From contig JADFMY010000001.1 in NCBI GenBank assembly GCA_022563685.1, forward strand, positions 10,707 through 74,706: a stretch of 64,000 bases of DNA, given 5' to 3'. The DNA comes from Pseudomonadota bacterium. GTDB taxonomy: Bacteria; Pseudomonadota; Gammaproteobacteria; GCA-001735895. Below, in pieces: positions 61,318 through 64,000 of the stretch (position 1 is the first letter of the stretch; each line of letters opens with the position of its first letter). Position numbers and translations under genes: made by a program. The notes under the pieces are model-generated. The model ran no database searches. It was not told where the DNA came from and was given only the letters and a program-made list of their open reading frames with translations.

Positions 61318-64000
61318 TCTACTAGGCCTGCTTGCAAACCATCGTGTCGCGCCCAATTTACTCATGGTCATGATGCTATTGGCCGGCGCGATTGCACTAA
61401 AAAACCTCAACATACAGTTCTTTCCCAATTTCGAACTGGGTACGATCTCGGTCTCGACTATCTGGAGTGGTGCGAGCGCCGAGGATATCCAAACCGGCAT
61501 CACTGTCCCGCTGGAGCAACGCCTGCGTAACGTCGATGAACTCAAGGAAATGTCATCAACCTCTGCCCCGGGGGCATCCGGTATTACGCTCGAATTTCAC
61601 GAGGGCGCAAATATGATCCTTGCGCTGGACAATGTTAAAAAACAGGTCGATGATTTTACCAGTCTACCCGACGATGCCGAAAAGCCAAAAGTTACTCTGG
61701 CCGTGCGATACGAATCGGTCGCCAGATTACTCATCAGCGGCCCTGACAAGCTCGACGAGTTACGCAAGATCGCTCGCCAGTTCGAAAGCGAATTGCTTGC
61801 CCGGGGGATAGACAAGATAGAAATCCAGGGATTGCCTCAGGACACCATACAGATTTCAGTTTCGGCGGAGCAAATGCAACGACTGGGCCTCGGGCTGGAC
61901 GAGCTCGCACAACGTATCAATAACGCGAGCCAGGATTTACCCGCGGGCCTGATTGGTGAAAATGACGGAACCCGGGAAATTCGCAGCAAAAATCAACGCA
62001 GAACGCCGCTCGAGTTCGCGAGTTTAAGCGTGGTAAGCGAGCAGGATAAACGGATCAACCTGGGCGATATCGCGAATATCGAACGCCGGATTAAATCCGC
62101 ATCCCCATTTATTACGGTCGGAGATAAAACCGCCGTGGTCATGGTGTTACGTCGAAACGAAAACGGTGACTCGCTCGAATCGGCGCAAATACTTCGAGAG
62201 TGGCTCGACGAGACCAGGCCAACCCTGCCACCAACCATTCAGATACAACTATTCAACGATCGCTGGGAATTAATCAAGGACCGGATCCTGCTGTTGCTTA
62301 AAAATGGTGCGGGCGGACTGGTGCTGGTATTACTCATTCTTTATTTATTTCTGTCGACACGCGTGGCTTTCTGGGTCGCGGTCGGCATTCCCGTATCCTT
62401 TATGGCGACGCTCGCAGTGCTATATCTGGTGGGGGGAAGTATCAACATGATTAGCCTGTTCGCGTTGATCATGGCGCTGGGCATTATTGTCGACGATGCG
62501 ATCGTGGTGGGTGAAGATGCACAGGCGCACTACGACATGGGCGAAGACCCTTTGAAAGCGTCCGAAGGCGGTGCACGTCGAATGCTGCCACCGGTACTGG
62601 CCTCCTCGTTGACTACGATTGCGGCTTTTCTGCCGTTGATGTTCATCGGGGGGCACATAGGTAATATCATGCTGGCGATTCCGGTGGTCATCATATGCGT
62701 CATTATCGCCTCGTTAATCGAAAGTTTCCTGATTCTACCCGGTCATTTACGCCACGCCTTTGTTCACGCACACGGTAAACCGCCATCGCGCGTCAGAAAC
62801 TATCTCAACCAGGGGTTCGAAAGCTTTAGGGATCGCCTGTTTAGACCATTAGTCCGCATTGCGATCGAGTTTCGCTGGACCACGATCGCGTGCGCAATTG
62901 GTTTCCTGATTTTTGCCGCCGGCCTGGTTGTTGGCGGCAAAACCGGCTGGCAATTTTTCCCATCGCCGGAATCGACAACCGTATATGCTAACGTACGATT
63001 TGTGGCCGGAACTTCGGGAGAAATCGTCGACGAATTTTTGCTGCAACTCGAGTCAGAATTACACAACACGATGAAATCTTATGATGAAGAAGTCGTATCC
63101 ACTTACTATACGACTCATTCTTCTTCGTCGGGCCGGGGGCGCGCGGTTACCGGCGAACGCACAGGATCAATCTATGTCGAACTGGTCAGCTCGGAAAAAC
63201 GCAACACCAAAAACCGGGATTTTATCCAGAACTGGCGTGCACGTATCGAGCAGCCCGCGGGTATCGAGAGTTTCAAGATATCGTCTCGCCGCGTGGGTCC
63301 TTCGAGGCGCGACCTGAATATTCGCCTCACAGGCTCTTCCCCGCATTTACTCAAAAACGCTGCTCTGGATCTCGCCGAAGCGCTGAATAGTGTGCCGGGC
63401 ATTAGTGCTGTGGACGACGATCTACCCTACGGACGCGAGCAGTTAATTTACTCGTTAACACCCGCCGGAGAAGCACTGGGGCTGTCTATTAGCGATGTTG
63501 GCCGGCAGCTTCGCGCCGCCTACGATGGCATCGTATTACAGCGCTTTCAACAGGGAGCCGATGAAGTAGAAGTGCGTTTGCAACTACCCGAGCACGAGCA
63601 ACGCAGCTTAACCAGTCTTTTTCAACTACCAATCAAACTGCCGAACGGAGACTTCGTACCGCTCGAAAGCATCGTCAACTGGGATTCGAACCAGGGTTAT
63701 GAGGTGCTGCGCCGCTTTAATGGACGCCTGTCGGTCGACGTAACCGCCGATGTCAATCCTGCACTCAATAATACTGCCGAAATTGTAAAGGATCTGCAAA
63801 TATCCACCTTGCCGCAACTGTCGAGCCGTTATGGCATCCAGTACAGTATCGAGGGGCGCTCGGCGAGCCAGCGCGAAACCTTCGCCGAGATGAGAACGGG
63901 CGCGCTGATCGCATTGCTACTGATGTACCTGGTGCTGGCCTGGGTATTTTCCTCTTATGGCTGGCCCTTGCTGGTGCTGTTAAGTATTCCGTTGGGAATC
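61301..64000 (+). CDS. RND (AcrB/CzcA-type) efflux permease, 3'-truncated by window edge (not in the ORF track)
   Basis: My own translation from ATG 61301 is MQHRNDLLGLLANHRVAPNLLMVMMLLAGAIALKNLNIQFFPNFELG...SLFALIMALGIIVDDAIVVGE..., which is a typical RND N-terminus and TM4 region. The frame stays open for 900 codons to nt 64000. Confidence 0.85.
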   Translation, partial: MQHRNDLLGLLANHRVAPNLLMVMMLLAGAIALKNLNIQFFPNFELGTISVSTIWSGASAEDIQTGITVPLEQRLRNVDELKEMSSTSAPGASGITLEFHEGANMILALDNVKKQVDDFTSLPDDAEKPKVTLAVRYESVARLLISGPDKLDELRKIARQFESELLARGIDKIEIQGLPQDTIQISVSAEQMQRLGLGLDELAQRINNASQDLPAGLIGENDGTREIRSKNQRRTPLEFASLSVVSEQDKRINLGDIANIERRIKSASPFITVGDKTAVVMVLRRNENGDSLESAQILREWLDETRPTLPPTIQIQLFNDRWELIKDRILLLLKNGAGGLVLVLLILYLFLSTRVAFWVAVGIPVSFMATLAVLYLVGGSINMISLFALIMALGIIVDDAIVVGEDAQAHYDMGEDPLKASEGGARRMLPPVLASSLTTIAAFLPLMFIGGHIGNIMLAIPVVIICVIIASLIESFLILPGHLRHAFVHAHGKPPSRVRNYLNQGFESFRDRLFRPLVRIAIEFRWTTIACAIGFLIFAAGLVVGGKTGWQFFPSPESTTVYANVRFVAGTSGEIVDEFLLQLESELHNTMKSYDEEVVSTYYTTHSSSSGRGRAVTGERTGSIYVELVSSEKRNTKNRDFIQNWRARIEQPAGIESFKISSRRVGPSRRDLNIRLTGSSPHLLKNAALDLAEALNSVPGISAVDDDLPYGREQLIYSLTPAGEALGLSISDVGRQLRAAYDGIVLQRFQQGADEVEVRLQLPEHEQRSLTSLFQLPIKLPNGDFVPLESIVNWDSNQGYEVLRRFNGRLSVDVTADVNPALNNTAEIVKDLQISTLPQLSSRYGIQYSIEGRSASQRETFAEMRTGALIALLLMYLVLAWVFSSYGWPLLVLLSIPLGI

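Noticed and set aside
1-64000. CRISPR arrays, tRNA/rRNA genes, prophage or dedicated anti-phage defence systems
   Set aside because: I saw no direct-repeat/spacer periodicity and no T-loop/acceptor-like sequences in the intergenic regions. I also found no phage structural genes, integrases, restriction-modification genes, toxin-antitoxin pairs or nuclease/NTPase defence genes among the ORFs. The only mobile element is the IS110.

Overview
This 64-kb window looks like chromosomal DNA from a chemolithoautotrophic bacterium. A sulfur-oxidising gammaproteobacterium is my guess, but that is inference only. I found no rRNA, tRNA, CRISPR array or prophage. The window is a mosaic of respiratory and autotrophy modules. 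(1) 1125-14180 (-) is a tightly packed operon. It encodes a HEAT-repeat protein, a secreted cupredoxin-like protein, a protein with 2 USP and 5 PCP_red domains, an AhbD/NirJ-like radical SAM enzyme with its own PCP_red tail, a HemY-type porphyrinogen oxidase, a PAS histidine kinase and a sigma-54 activator. (2) 14618-20128 (+) is transcribed divergently from a near-consensus sigma-54 promoter. It has two micro-ORFs, a CydA-like membrane protein with no CydB, a dihaem cytochrome c, and a trihaem cytochrome c fused to an EB_dh-like domain. Modules 1 and 2 together are my best candidate for an undescribed tetrapyrrole and electron-transfer system. (3) 20170-32770 holds a moaB remnant, moeA, nnrS, a rhodanese, a HIG1-like peptide, two dihaem cytochrome c peroxidases plus a Rieske subunit and an AioA-like Mo subunit, then modABC. 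That gene set matches the iodate reductase cluster idrABP1P2 better than a classical arsenite oxidase. (4) 32844-42146 is a Calvin-cycle cluster: cbbR divergent from cbbF-prk-fba-cbbL-cbbS-cbbQ-cbbO, with form IA RuBisCO and no carboxysome genes. It is bracketed by the intact 3' end of modC and a decayed second copy of that same 3' end. (5) 43087-48731 (-) encodes a 12-haem membrane cytochrome c, a Tat-exported FeS subunit, a Tat-exported Psr/Arr-like Mo subunit and a TorD chaperone. It sits behind a sigma-54 promoter and two GTTACC-N4-GGTAAC palindromes. An IS110 insertion separates it from an AioXSR-like sensing system (PhnD-like binding protein, histidine kinase, sigma-54 activator). (6) 54454-64000 is housekeeping or accessory: argE, a rimK trio, an MFS transporter, an asparaginase-like protein, and an RND efflux pair that runs off the window. 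All functions are inferred by eye from motifs and domain order. No database search was run.
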